64,000 nucleotides of DNA, from sequence record MK327947.1; one strand, written 5' to 3'. Source of the stretch: Escherichia phage vB_EcoM_G5211. Position 1 is the first letter of the stretch. Each line of letters begins with the position of its first letter. The position numbers were made by a program, and so were the translations under genes. Of the stretch, positions 20,007 to 27,588 are shown piece by piece. The notes beneath the pieces were generated by a model, which made no database searches, was not told the origin of the DNA, and saw nothing but the letters and a program-made list of their open reading frames with translations.

Positions 20007-20174
20007 TTATTTGTTAATTTCTGGTGCGTTGCTAGGATAGTAACCTTCTTTAACTCCGAGGTATTTCGCAACCATCCCTACAATCTTCTGTGCTACTACA
20101 ATGTCAAATTTCAGATAATCTTCGCCGTGGGTTTCAATGATATATGCTTCACATGCTGCTTTAGTCTCGAACAT
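20007..20174 (-). CDS. 55-aa conserved small protein, copy 1 of duplicated gene
   Basis: Hand-translated MFETKAACEAYIIETHGEDYLKFDIVVAQK...; near-identical to copy at 23273..23440. Confidence 0.55.
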   Translation of the reverse strand: MFETKAACEAYIIETHGEDYLKFDIVVAQKIVGMVAKYLGVKEGYYPSNAPEINK

Positions 20175-20242
20175 TTTGATTCTCCTATTTCGTTTCGGTA
20201 TGTGTGTAGTATAGGGGATCTCCCGATCCCCGTCAACAACTT
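20175..20242 (-). promoter_or_regulatory. early promoter/leader cassette with GC palindrome
   Basis: TTGACG, palindrome GGGGATCGGGAGATCCCC, TATACT, GGAGAATC. Confidence 0.5.
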
Positions 20243-20250
20243 TTTTAAAA

Positions 20251-20532
20251 TTATTCGTGATTAGTTTCGATATTGTGCATTTTGCACCAGTTCAGCCAAT
20301 CGCCCAGATCTTTATAGTTGATGCTTTTATCTGCTGCCATCGTTTTTGTCTTGATACCCATATGTGCGTTATGAGTAAGCATTTTTACAGTGAACTCAAT
20401 TTTATCGCCTTTAGCTTTAACATCAACCAGTTTGGTCCACTGGCTACCAGCGCCGCGAATGTTCATACCAACGATGTTTCCGATGTATGCTTCTTTGTTT
20501 TTCAGGATTTCGGTTGCTTTGATGAATTTCAT
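20251..20532 (-). CDS. hypothetical early protein
   Basis: ORF preceded by cassette. Confidence 0.5.
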   Translation of the reverse strand: MKFIKATEILKNKEAYIGNIVGMNIRGAGSQWTKLVDVKAKGDKIEFTVKMLTHNAHMGIKTKTMAADKSINYKDLGDWLNWCKMHNIETNHE

Positions 20533-20600
20533 TTTTGATTCTCCAGTTCGTTTCGGTATGGGTGTATTATGCTATGTTCTTACTTTGGTGTCAACAACTT
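20533..20600 (-). promoter_or_regulatory. early promoter/leader cassette
   Basis: TTGACA, CATAAT, conserved leader. Confidence 0.55.
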
Positions 20601-20602
20601 TT

Positions 20603-20872
20603 TTAGATATTTTCAGAAATAAATTTTAAAACTTGACGTAAATGTTTCTCATCTTTGATAGTCGCCGGAAGTTCTTCTTTTACTTCCTGTGCAAGATAGA
20701 TATTTCCGTTCCAAGTGAAAGATCCGTCTTTGTTTACGCGATAGCTGAACATCCACTCGCAATCATTTTCGATTTCATATACACACAGAAGGGTGTAATC
20801 GTTAAAGCTATTGATTTCAAGGTCGAAGCCGTGACGTTTTGCAAAGTTGGTAGTGGTTTTAGTCAGTGCCAT
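20603..20872 (-). CDS. hypothetical early protein
   Basis: ORF preceded by cassette. Confidence 0.5.
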   Translation of the reverse strand: MALTKTTTNFAKRHGFDLEINSFNDYTLLCVYEIENDCEWMFSYRVNKDGSFTWNGNIYLAQEVKEELPATIKDEKHLRQVLKFISENI

Positions 20873-20948
20873 TGTTTGATTCTCCTAAGTGGTATCTCGT
20901 TTCGATGGGTGTATTATGCTATAGGCTAGATCAGGTGTCAACAACTTT
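20873..20948 (-). promoter_or_regulatory. early promoter/leader cassette
   Basis: TTGACA 20936-20941, CATAAT, GGAGAATC. Confidence 0.55.
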
Positions 20949-20971
20949 TTTAATTTTTTGGAAATAAAAAA

Positions 20972-20991
20972 AGCCGACACTAAGGTCGGCT
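20972..20991 (-). terminator. hairpin + U-run
   Basis: AGCCGACCTTAGTGTCGGCT + TTTTTTT on minus strand. Confidence 0.6.
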
Positions 20992-20998
20992 AATAAAA

Positions 20999-21307
20999 TC
21001 ATTTAGACAAATAATCATTCTGTGCAATCCGGTCGGCGTATGCTGGTGTTATGTCAATCGCCAGCACTTTAACGCGTGCTTTCTTGCGACCTGTGTTTTC
21101 TCGTAACCAGTGCTCATGACCGTGAACATTTTTATACTGCGATGCTTCTTCGAAGGTACGGATCGGACCTGGATAATCTGCGTAAAGGATCTCTAGGTCT
21201 TCGGTGATGTAAAAATATACATCATAATTACTGTTCTCTAGTTTAAGCAGAGACTTTCGGAACATTGGGAGATTTTCGCGGGTAAATTCAAAGATATTAT
21301 CTTTCAT
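20999..21307 (-). CDS. small His-motif family protein, member 1
   Basis: Shares Y-x-Y...HxHxHW...(V)LA(I/V)D pattern with 21727..22005, 22020..22328, 22738..23016. Confidence 0.5.
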   Translation of the reverse strand: MKDNIFEFTRENLPMFRKSLLKLENSNYDVYFYITEDLEILYADYPGPIRTFEEASQYKNVHGHEHWLRENTGRKKARVKVLAIDITPAYADRIAQNDYLSK

Positions 21308-21335
21308 AGTATTATCCTCAATAGTTGGATGAAAA

Positions 21336-21352
21336 GGGGGCTTAACGCCCCC
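21336..21352 (-). terminator. hairpin + U-run
   Basis: GGGGGCGTTAAGCCCCC + TTTT; same hairpin as at 17314-17329. Confidence 0.5.
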
Positions 21353-21357
21353 ATATA

Positions 21358-21645
21358 TTAAAACAGACCTTCCTGTACACCGTAGTAGAGTTCATCGCTG
21401 ATAATTTCATTAATGCGACGGTGTGCATATTCCTGATTTGCGAAGTTGTCAGCAAGTTCTACTTTAGTTTCGCCGTCATGAGTCCATTTAGTGATAACTT
21501 TACCATCTGCAAATTTGAAGTTGAACTCTTTAGCTACCGCATCGCGTACCAGACGTGCAAACTTATTGTTGCGGATTGCATTGTCGGTTTCGTGTGCAGC
21601 GTGAGCGAATTTGTTAACTTTCAGAGTGATAGTAATGTATGCCAT
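21358..21645 (-). CDS. hypothetical early protein
   Basis: ORF preceded by cassette. Confidence 0.5.
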   Translation of the reverse strand: MAYITITLKVNKFAHAAHETDNAIRNNKFARLVRDAVAKEFNFKFADGKVITKWTHDGETKVELADNFANQEYAHRRINEIISDELYYGVQEGLF

Positions 21646-21728
21646 AATTTGATTCTCCTAGTTAGAAAGTGTATCTCGTTTCGATGGGTGTATTATGCTA
21701 TACACCCAACCTCATGTCAACACTTTTT
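21646..21728 (-). promoter_or_regulatory. early promoter/leader cassette
   Basis: TTGACA 21715-21720, CATAAT, GGAGAATC. Confidence 0.55.
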
Positions 21729-22005
21729 ATAAAATAATTTTTTGATATTTTTCTATGATGTTCGTGTAATTCACATCAACCGCTAGCACCGTTGCTTCGA
21801 ATCCACCGTTTAGCCAATGGCTATGATCGTGATCGTGAAAGAAACCTAGACCAGTACGAAGACCTTCTTTATATTCGGCGCGTACATTTAGATCATCATC
21901 GATAAACAGATAAAACCATGAATTTTTACTAGGATTGATGATACAACCTTTCAGATTCGGGAGAATATCACGACTAAGAATAAACTTATCACCTACTTTG
22001 AACAT
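21727..22005 (-). CDS. small His-motif family protein, member 2
   Basis: FHDHDHSHWL ... VLAVDV. Confidence 0.5.
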   Translation of the reverse strand: MFKVGDKFILSRDILPNLKGCIINPSKNSWFYLFIDDDLNVRAEYKEGLRTGLGFFHDHDHSHWLNGGFEATVLAVDVNYTNIIEKYQKIIL

Positions 22006-22019
22006 AATATTTTCCTCAC

Positions 22020-22328
22020 TTATAAAGTTTGACCGTTGTTTTTCGCATAATGCTTAATGCGTGCTTGATCTGCTTCCGCTGGTGATAGATTCCATGCAAC
22101 CACTACAACTTCTGACGCATCGTCATCCGTTTCTGATACCCAATGGTTGTGATTCATACAGTTATTTGCTATCGAGTGAGCAAATGATTTCATCACTGGA
22201 GACGTATAATCATAGTAACGGATTTTCAGATTTTCATCAACATACAAGTAGATCGTATAAGGTTTATATTCAGTAACCAGTAACAGACAGTTACGCAATT
22301 CTGGGAAAATCTTTTTAGTTAATTTCAT
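22020..22328 (-). CDS. small His-motif family protein, member 3 (track ORF extends to 22409)
   Basis: MNHNHWV ... VVVAWN; GAGGA RBS before internal ATG at 22328. Confidence 0.45.
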   Translation of the reverse strand: MKLTKKIFPELRNCLLLVTEYKPYTIYLYVDENLKIRYYDYTSPVMKSFAHSIANNCMNHNHWVSETDDDASEVVVVAWNLSPAEADQARIKHYAKNNGQTL

Positions 22329-22329
22329 T

Positions 22330-22551
22330 TTATAATCCTCGGTCGCGGCTATAGTACACGGTACGCCATACAATTTCATGTTTCGTGTCGCTCCAGCACA
22401 CGATCTCATTTACTCTTAAATCTTTGTTATCAACAAAAGATGAACATTGTGACGCTTCTTTCATCATTTTATCTGCTGTTTTCTCATCAAATACAGCACA
22501 GATTTCTTTATACACTCGATAATCTTTAAACTTGCTCATAATTAACACCAA
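22330..22551 (-). CDS. MSKFKDY-family small protein, copy 1
   Basis: Tandem paralog of 22542..22757. Confidence 0.5.
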   Translation of the reverse strand: MVLIMSKFKDYRVYKEICAVFDEKTADKMMKEASQCSSFVDNKDLRVNEIVCWSDTKHEIVWRTVYYSRDRGL

Positions 22552-22757
22552 TCAAGAGTTTTTGAGAAAACCTCTATCCATTGTTGAGTATATGCGGTTT
22601 CTTTCCATGATACAATACCAGTAGAATAATGGTTTTTGTTTCCAGAAAATGACGGGCATTTTGATGCATCTTCCATCATCTTTTCGGCGAACTCTGGTTC
22701 GTATACTCGCAAGATCTGTTGATATGCTTTATAATCTTTAAATTTGCTCATAATCAT
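22542..22757 (-). CDS. MSKFKDY-family small protein, copy 2
   Basis: Tandem paralog of 22330..22551. Confidence 0.5.
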   Translation of the reverse strand: MIMSKFKDYKAYQQILRVYEPEFAEKMMEDASKCPSFSGNKNHYSTGIVSWKETAYTQQWIEVFSKTLDWC

Positions 22758-23016
22758 TCACTACCTTATCAGCTTCTTTTGTTGTTTTTACATCAACTGC
22801 GATAACCCGTAAAGGTTCGTCATGGTTCCACCAATGATCGTGAATATCGGCTTGTGATTTATCACCAAAGGAATCACGAATATCATTTTTACTTTTATAG
22901 CTAATGTGACCGTCATAGTCAACATAAAGGTAATTATCGAAAATCGGCGTTTTTAAGATCATGCCGAAAAATCTTTCTTTGTGTGTCTTATCCAGCGTTG
23001 CAGTAATTCGCATCAT
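22738..23016 (-). CDS. small His-motif family protein, member 4
   Basis: IHDHWWNH ... VIAVDV. Confidence 0.5.
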   Translation of the reverse strand: MMRITATLDKTHKERFFGMILKTPIFDNYLYVDYDGHISYKSKNDIRDSFGDKSQADIHDHWWNHDEPLRVIAVDVKTTKEADKVVNDYEQI

Positions 23017-23028
23017 AATATATTCCTC

Positions 23029-23208
23029 TTAGAAAGGGATGGTCATTTCTTGAGCTTGTACATTCTCGTTAGGATTAAACTTCATCCAACCAATATTGTC
23101 TACCAGCATATGCACATTTTTATCATATCCTACGTGAGTAGTCAACACTAAATGTGATTTACCTTCAACGATGATTTCCATGTACTTCTGAACTTCGATA
23201 GCTTTCAT
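23029..23208 (-). CDS. hypothetical small early protein (59 aa)
   Basis: Hand-translated MKAIEVQKYMEIIVEG...; preceded by cassette. Confidence 0.45.
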   Translation of the reverse strand: MKAIEVQKYMEIIVEGKSHLVLTTHVGYDKNVHMLVDNIGWMKFNPNENVQAQEMTIPF

Positions 23209-23272
23209 TTTGATTCTCCGTTTGTTGTCTTGATGGGAGTATCTTACTACTCCCTTTAATCATTGTCAACTA
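23209..23272 (-). promoter_or_regulatory. early promoter/leader cassette
   Basis: TTGACA 23264-23269; GGGAGTAGTAAGATACTCCC palindrome spanning TAAGAT -10; GGAGAATC. Confidence 0.5.
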
Positions 23273-23440
23273 TTATTTGTTAATTTCTGGTGCGTTGCTT
23301 GGATAGTAACCTTCTTTAACACCCAGATATTTTGCAACCATTCCGGTGATCTTCTGTGCTACTACGATATCGAATTTCAGGTAGTCTTCACCGTGTTTTG
23401 CTACAATGTATGCTTCGCATTCTGCTTTAGTCTGGAACAT
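23273..23440 (-). CDS. 55-aa conserved small protein, copy 2 of duplicated gene
   Basis: Hand-translated MFQTKAECEAYIVAKHGEDYLKFDIVVAQK...; paralog of 20007..20174. Confidence 0.55.
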   Translation of the reverse strand: MFQTKAECEAYIVAKHGEDYLKFDIVVAQKITGMVAKYLGVKEGYYPSNAPEINK

Positions 23441-23520
23441 TTTTGATTCTCCTATATCTCGTTGGTATGTGTGTATTATAGGGGATCTCCCGATCCCCTG
23501 TCAACAACTTTTTTGAATTA
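23441..23520 (-). promoter_or_regulatory. early promoter/leader cassette with GC palindrome
   Basis: TTGACA 23509-23514, GGGGATCGGGAGATCCCC, TATAAT, GGAGAATC. Confidence 0.55.
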
Positions 23521-23994
23521 TTTTTCTTGATGCTCGCGCTCGTACTTTTCGAAATAAAATTCTACTGGCTGGTCATGAATTGACAGCAAGCCAAAGCGTT
23601 TAGCCGCTCGCAATCCCATATTGCGCTGAATGTACTTCTGGAAGTTCTCGCGTATACACTTACGCCAGTATTCTAAGCCCATACAGCTTTTATAAAGATT
23701 GCATTGTACACACGCCGGATTCATGTTATCAAGTATATCATGTTCCGGTTTATGCATTCCTACAACCTTATACTTCCACGACCCATCATCATTACGGGCA
23801 ATTCGTCCATTTTCATCATAGACTACCTTTGAGCGTCGCAATACTGGTTTGATATGGTCTGCGTGCCAGCGATCCCCTAGTTCCTCGCCACAATAGGCAC
23901 AACGCCCACCGTATTTCATTTTCAGGATCTGGCGTTGCTCTTTCTTTGACAATTTTTTAGGTTTAGGGGCTTTCGCCCCTTCATTATCACACAT
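23518..23994 (-). CDS. HNH endonuclease
   Basis: CAYCGEEL...HADHIKPV...NMNPACVQCN HNH/zinc-finger motif; overlaps 3' end of ligase gene. Confidence 0.65.
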   Translation of the reverse strand: MCDNEGAKAPKPKKLSKKEQRQILKMKYGGRCAYCGEELGDRWHADHIKPVLRRSKVVYDENGRIARNDDGSWKYKVVGMHKPEHDILDNMNPACVQCNLYKSCMGLEYWRKCIRENFQKYIQRNMGLRAAKRFGLLSIHDQPVEFYFEKYEREHQEK

Positions 23995-25483
23995 CGAATA
24001 CCTCTTTTACTGTATTTGCCGTGGTCTTGTCGTAGCGAATACGTTTGATGATTGGGAGAAATAAAGAGAACTCCGGTTCATCTTCTTTACGTGATTTGCT
24101 GCGGATATACCCGTTGCATGTCATCTCAATGACTTTTCCAATCAGGTTATGACGGTCAGCCCATAACATTTCTCGGTCGAGTTCATTTCGACGATCGAAC
24201 GGAATTACACGTTCGATACCATCATCACCTTTTTCGGTTGTGGTGTCGGTTAATCCCGATCCGGTGTTAGTCATCATTCGTCCGCACGCACTACGGACAG
24301 TAAAACCGCCTACCTTATTGGGGTCTTTACTATGCGGATATACATCAACAATTTCCGCGTCGAAGTCAATAACTTCTTTAAATTTAACCTGATCTTTACT
24401 GCGACGATCTTCAAATACACCATGTAAATTTTTAAGGATAATACCTTCTAAGCCCATGTTTACATAGCGATGATATACTTCGCGAGCTTCATCGATATTG
24501 TTAACTACAGTGTTTTCGATTATCTGAACACGAGGATCGTTAAGTTCTTCAACAATCTGTTTTAGTTCTTCGAATCGATCTTTATATTGCTTCGTTGCTT
24601 TCTCGTTTCCGTAATACACATCACGGTCGATAACATCCCAGACAGTGTAAACAATACATTGGGCTTCTTCTTTTGGAATAGTTCCTTTCAGTGATTTGTT
24701 GAGGATACCATTTCCGGTCTGACGATCTGCAACAACGGATTCTTTCACTGCTTCCGCTACTGGCGTTAATGGCATTTCATCTTCTTCAAATATCCATGAC
24801 AGAGTACCATCATAAACGCTCTCAACGAAGTTCTGCGCTGGTGTTTGCGAAAGGGTAGGCATATATACCAATTCGCCATCTAGAACAATTCCACGGCCTC
24901 GTAGACGCTCTAAAACCACAAACAAATCATCAAGCCCTTGATAGGTATTACCTGAACGGGTATAGATTGCTAATGTTTCCCCGTCAATATCAGCCATCCC
25001 ACGAGCGCCATCGCTTTTAAGTTGTGCATACGCCGGATATTTGATATTGGCAATGGTCTTATCAGAACATGACGATGCAAGGTGGCACGGCTGCTGAGGA
25101 ATCAGTTTCTTCCATACCTTGTTTGCGGTGGTAGCGGAACAACCGCATTCTAGGTCTCGATTCAGGACCATCATTGCAACTTTAGCATCGTCTTCCGACA
25201 AGCAAGTCAGAGTATCGGTAACTAGCTGTAATGCTGCATTACCAGTTATTTGACGCGTGGCAAGTTTATTTTTAAAGACCTGTAATGCGCCAGATAAAGA
25301 CAATACAGATGAATAACGCGACGGTTTATCGTATTTCTTTACGCCAAACGTAACCTGTTTGCAATATGCCAGATAAAAGCATTCTTTCAGCGTTTCATTG
25401 CTTGCAGATTCTTTCAGGATCTTTTCTTTCAGCGATGTTTTGTCTGTTGCTGCAAGCTGATTAATGATATTAAGAATTGACAT
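23987..25483 (-). CDS. 30: ATP-dependent DNA ligase gp30
   Basis: Colinear with T4 DNA ligase (FPAYAQLKSDGAR..., DGELVY, NKSLKGTI, EGIILKN); probable ATG at 25483 with GAGGTGA RBS (track start 25489 is GTG). Confidence 0.85.
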   Translation of the reverse strand: MSILNIINQLAATDKTSLKEKILKESASNETLKECFYLAYCKQVTFGVKKYDKPSRYSSVLSLSGALQVFKNKLATRQITGNAALQLVTDTLTCLSEDDAKVAMMVLNRDLECGCSATTANKVWKKLIPQQPCHLASSCSDKTIANIKYPAYAQLKSDGARGMADIDGETLAIYTRSGNTYQGLDDLFVVLERLRGRGIVLDGELVYMPTLSQTPAQNFVESVYDGTLSWIFEEDEMPLTPVAEAVKESVVADRQTGNGILNKSLKGTIPKEEAQCIVYTVWDVIDRDVYYGNEKATKQYKDRFEELKQIVEELNDPRVQIIENTVVNNIDEAREVYHRYVNMGLEGIILKNLHGVFEDRRSKDQVKFKEVIDFDAEIVDVYPHSKDPNKVGGFTVRSACGRMMTNTGSGLTDTTTEKGDDGIERVIPFDRRNELDREMLWADRHNLIGKVIEMTCNGYIRSKSRKEDEPEFSLFLPIIKRIRYDKTTANTVKEVFDV

Positions 25484-25949
25484 TTTCACCTCGTTTTGTT
25501 AAACGTTCACGAATATCATTGAGGATACTACAAAATTCCGATTCAGTCAATATAGTCTTTAACGGATCAGTTCCACCTATGCTATGACGTAATTTCTTAT
25601 TTCCGGTAGCGAGTAATGCTTTACAAAATTCTGGGTTATTCCGTGCCATCGTAACAAATGCCAGATGTACCAGTCTGTAATAATGCTCACTCATTCGATG
25701 AATAGGGCGACCCTGAAAATATAACATGTGATTCTCAATCTTTTCAGTTCTTCCGGTTCTTTTTGCTTTGCCACCGTGCATCAAAAAGATTTCTCTTTGT
25801 CTCTGAGGGTTCTTAAATCTTAGCCCCTGTAAAAATCCTTCTGTGCTGTTAATATCGCAACCAAATAGACGGAATGGTCTTTTATTGAAATTGCTCAATT
25901 CACCCGATGGATAAGGTCCACCCGCATAGATATCAATTTCAGAAGTCAT
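25470..25949 (-). CDS. NADAR (YbiA-like, DUF1768) domain protein
   Basis: Aligns by eye to E. coli YbiA: ELSNF...STEGFLQGLRF (cf. FSNF...TSEHYFQAQKF) and CKALLATGNKKLRHS (cf. LRALLLATAPAKLVEHT). Confidence 0.6.
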   Translation of the reverse strand: MTSEIDIYAGGPYPSGELSNFNKRPFRLFGCDINSTEGFLQGLRFKNPQRQREIFLMHGGKAKRTGRTEKIENHMLYFQGRPIHRMSEHYYRLVHLAFVTMARNNPEFCKALLATGNKKLRHSIGGTDPLKTILTESEFCSILNDIRERLTKRGENVNS

Positions 25950-26124
25950 TGAAACTAATCTCGCTAATCAGAGAGAACGGATCATAATCGTCATTAGGAA
26001 TATCGATAGTAATCGAATGAGGATTTACCCATACACCAAACTGGCCTTCTTCGGTGAATACTTCGGTATGGATTTCGTGGATGTTTACATTCATAGTTTT
26101 CATAATAAATTCCTTAATAATCAA
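25939..26124 (-). CDS. hypothetical protein
   Basis: ORF only. Confidence 0.4.
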   Translation of the reverse strand: MIIKEFIMKTMNVNIHEIHTEVFTEEGQFGVWVNPHSITIDIPNDDYDPFSLISEISFNDF

Positions 26125-26154
26125 TAACTTACAAAATCATATAGCCAAAATATA

Positions 26155-26173
26155 GGCGGGATTATTTCCCGCC
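26155..26173 (-). terminator. hairpin after gene 31
   Basis: GGCGGGAAATAATCCCGCC then U-rich. Confidence 0.5.
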
Positions 26174-26184
26174 GTTTAAAATCA

Positions 26185-26508
26185 TTAACCGTAAACTACC
26201 ACAATATTCTGTTTGTGTGTTACAGTCCATTTCAGGTCGATCTCTTCTTCCTTCTTAACGCCATTAATAACGTCTGGATGAGGAACTTTATTCATCTTGC
26301 CATGTGGCAGTAAAACAGTTTTACCCAGCAATTCTTTATCTACCGTTTCACCAATATCAATAATCTTACCTACCAGCGGAATCTCACCCATAGTGCGCTT
26401 TTGCTCAATAATGATCCCCATAGAGCTTTTTACTTCGGTCCCTGCGCTTTCTGCTTTAGCTTCGATAATTACATAATCACCAAGTGCTTTAGGAGTTTTA
26501 ACGGTCAT
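26185..26508 (-). CDS. 31: gp31 co-chaperonin (GroES-like)
   Basis: Size, VPHP motif, GEIPLVGK mobile-loop-like region, position near cd. Confidence 0.7.
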   Translation of the reverse strand: MTVKTPKALGDYVIIEAKAESAGTEVKSSMGIIIEQKRTMGEIPLVGKIIDIGETVDKELLGKTVLLPHGKMNKVPHPDVINGVKKEEEIDLKWTVTHKQNIVVVYG

Positions 26509-26549
26509 AATTTTATTACCTCTTCAAATCAATACAGTTTAATGATGAA

Positions 26550-26870
26550 TTATTTATAAATTTCGACGATCTGCTCTGTAGTCAGCCCGTCTACATTAAT
26601 CAGACTATCAAGCCCAAAACTACGGAAACCTTCAACTGCAATTTCATATACTGGCAAAGATGTTTCTGATTCTTTACGCGGTTTTTCAACATTCGGAACT
26701 AACCACTTTTCGTATGTTTCAAACGGCATCAGTGCCGGATCTCGCGTGGCGATCATCTCACAGACAGTACCATCTTTCTTAGTAAACTGCAAAGAGTGAG
26801 TACCGACCGAAAACATTTTCTTTAGTGCTTCACGAAGTGCGATATTATCAACTTGTTCAGTCATTATCAA
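26550..26870 (-). CDS. hypothetical protein
   Basis: ORF only. Confidence 0.45.
   Translation of the reverse strand: MIMTEQVDNIALREALKKMFSVGTHSLQFTKKDGTVCEMIATRDPALMPFETYEKWLVPNVEKPRKESETSLPVYEIAVEGFRSFGLDSLINVDGLTTEQIVEIYK
26551..26558 (-). promoter_or_regulatory. late promoter TATAAATA upstream of gene 31
   Basis: exact TATAAATA on minus strand about 40 nt upstream of ATG. Confidence 0.5.
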
Positions 26871-27363
26871 TACCCTTCAAATCAGTCAATAATGCTTTTG
26901 GAATACGCGTGATCGTAATATCTGCATTATTCAGAATATCAGCCCAATCACGCCCACCATTTCGATCATATGTGTCGCAATAGTATAGATGTTTAATACC
27001 ACTGTTTGCAATTGCTTTAGCGCAATCTGGACACGGTGAAGCAGTACACCACATACTAGCGCCTTCAATCGATACACCGCTACGGGCAGCAAACAAAATA
27101 GCATTTAATTCAGCATGGATCTCGTTTTTCTGTGACCATGCACTATGCTCTGGTCGTTTTTCTGGGATCATTTTGCCGTCATCATCCAGCCAACCGTTTT
27201 TATGTGCATGACAGCTACAATTTACTTGCCCTGCTGGAGTTCCGTTAAATCCAGTAGAAATGATTCGCCCGTCTTTTTCGATCAGTGCGCCTACCTTCCA
27301 CGAAACACATTTAGAGTTCTTTGCGATCAGATAGGCGATCTGCATGTAAGTTTGTGACAACAT
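26857..27363 (-). CDS. cd: dCMP deaminase
   Basis: Zinc-binding CHAE...PCxxC deaminase motifs (HAELNAI, SPCPDCAKAI). Confidence 0.85.
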   Translation of the reverse strand: MLSQTYMQIAYLIAKNSKCVSWKVGALIEKDGRIISTGFNGTPAGQVNCSCHAHKNGWLDDDGKMIPEKRPEHSAWSQKNEIHAELNAILFAARSGVSIEGASMWCTASPCPDCAKAIANSGIKHLYYCDTYDRNGGRDWADILNNADITITRIPKALLTDLKGIDND

Positions 27364-27384
27364 AATATAATCCTCACATAGTAA

Positions 27385-27588
27385 TTAACCGTATACGCGA
27401 AAGTATTCTACTGATCCGTCGCTATACTGTTTTACATTGAATGTATTCACACCATGATTATTTCTCATGATGACATATACACTGCGACGTTCATCGCTAA
27501 ACGGCATAACTGGCGCTGGTTCAATATCAACACTAAAACCACGTTTAGCAAGTGCTTCGCCTAATTGCTTGAGTTTATCGGTAAACAT
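27385..27588 (-). CDS. hypothetical protein
   Basis: ORF only. Confidence 0.4.
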   Translation of the reverse strand: MFTDKLKQLGEALAKRGFSVDIEPAPVMPFSDERRSVYVIMRNNHGVNTFNVKQYSDGSVEYFRVYG

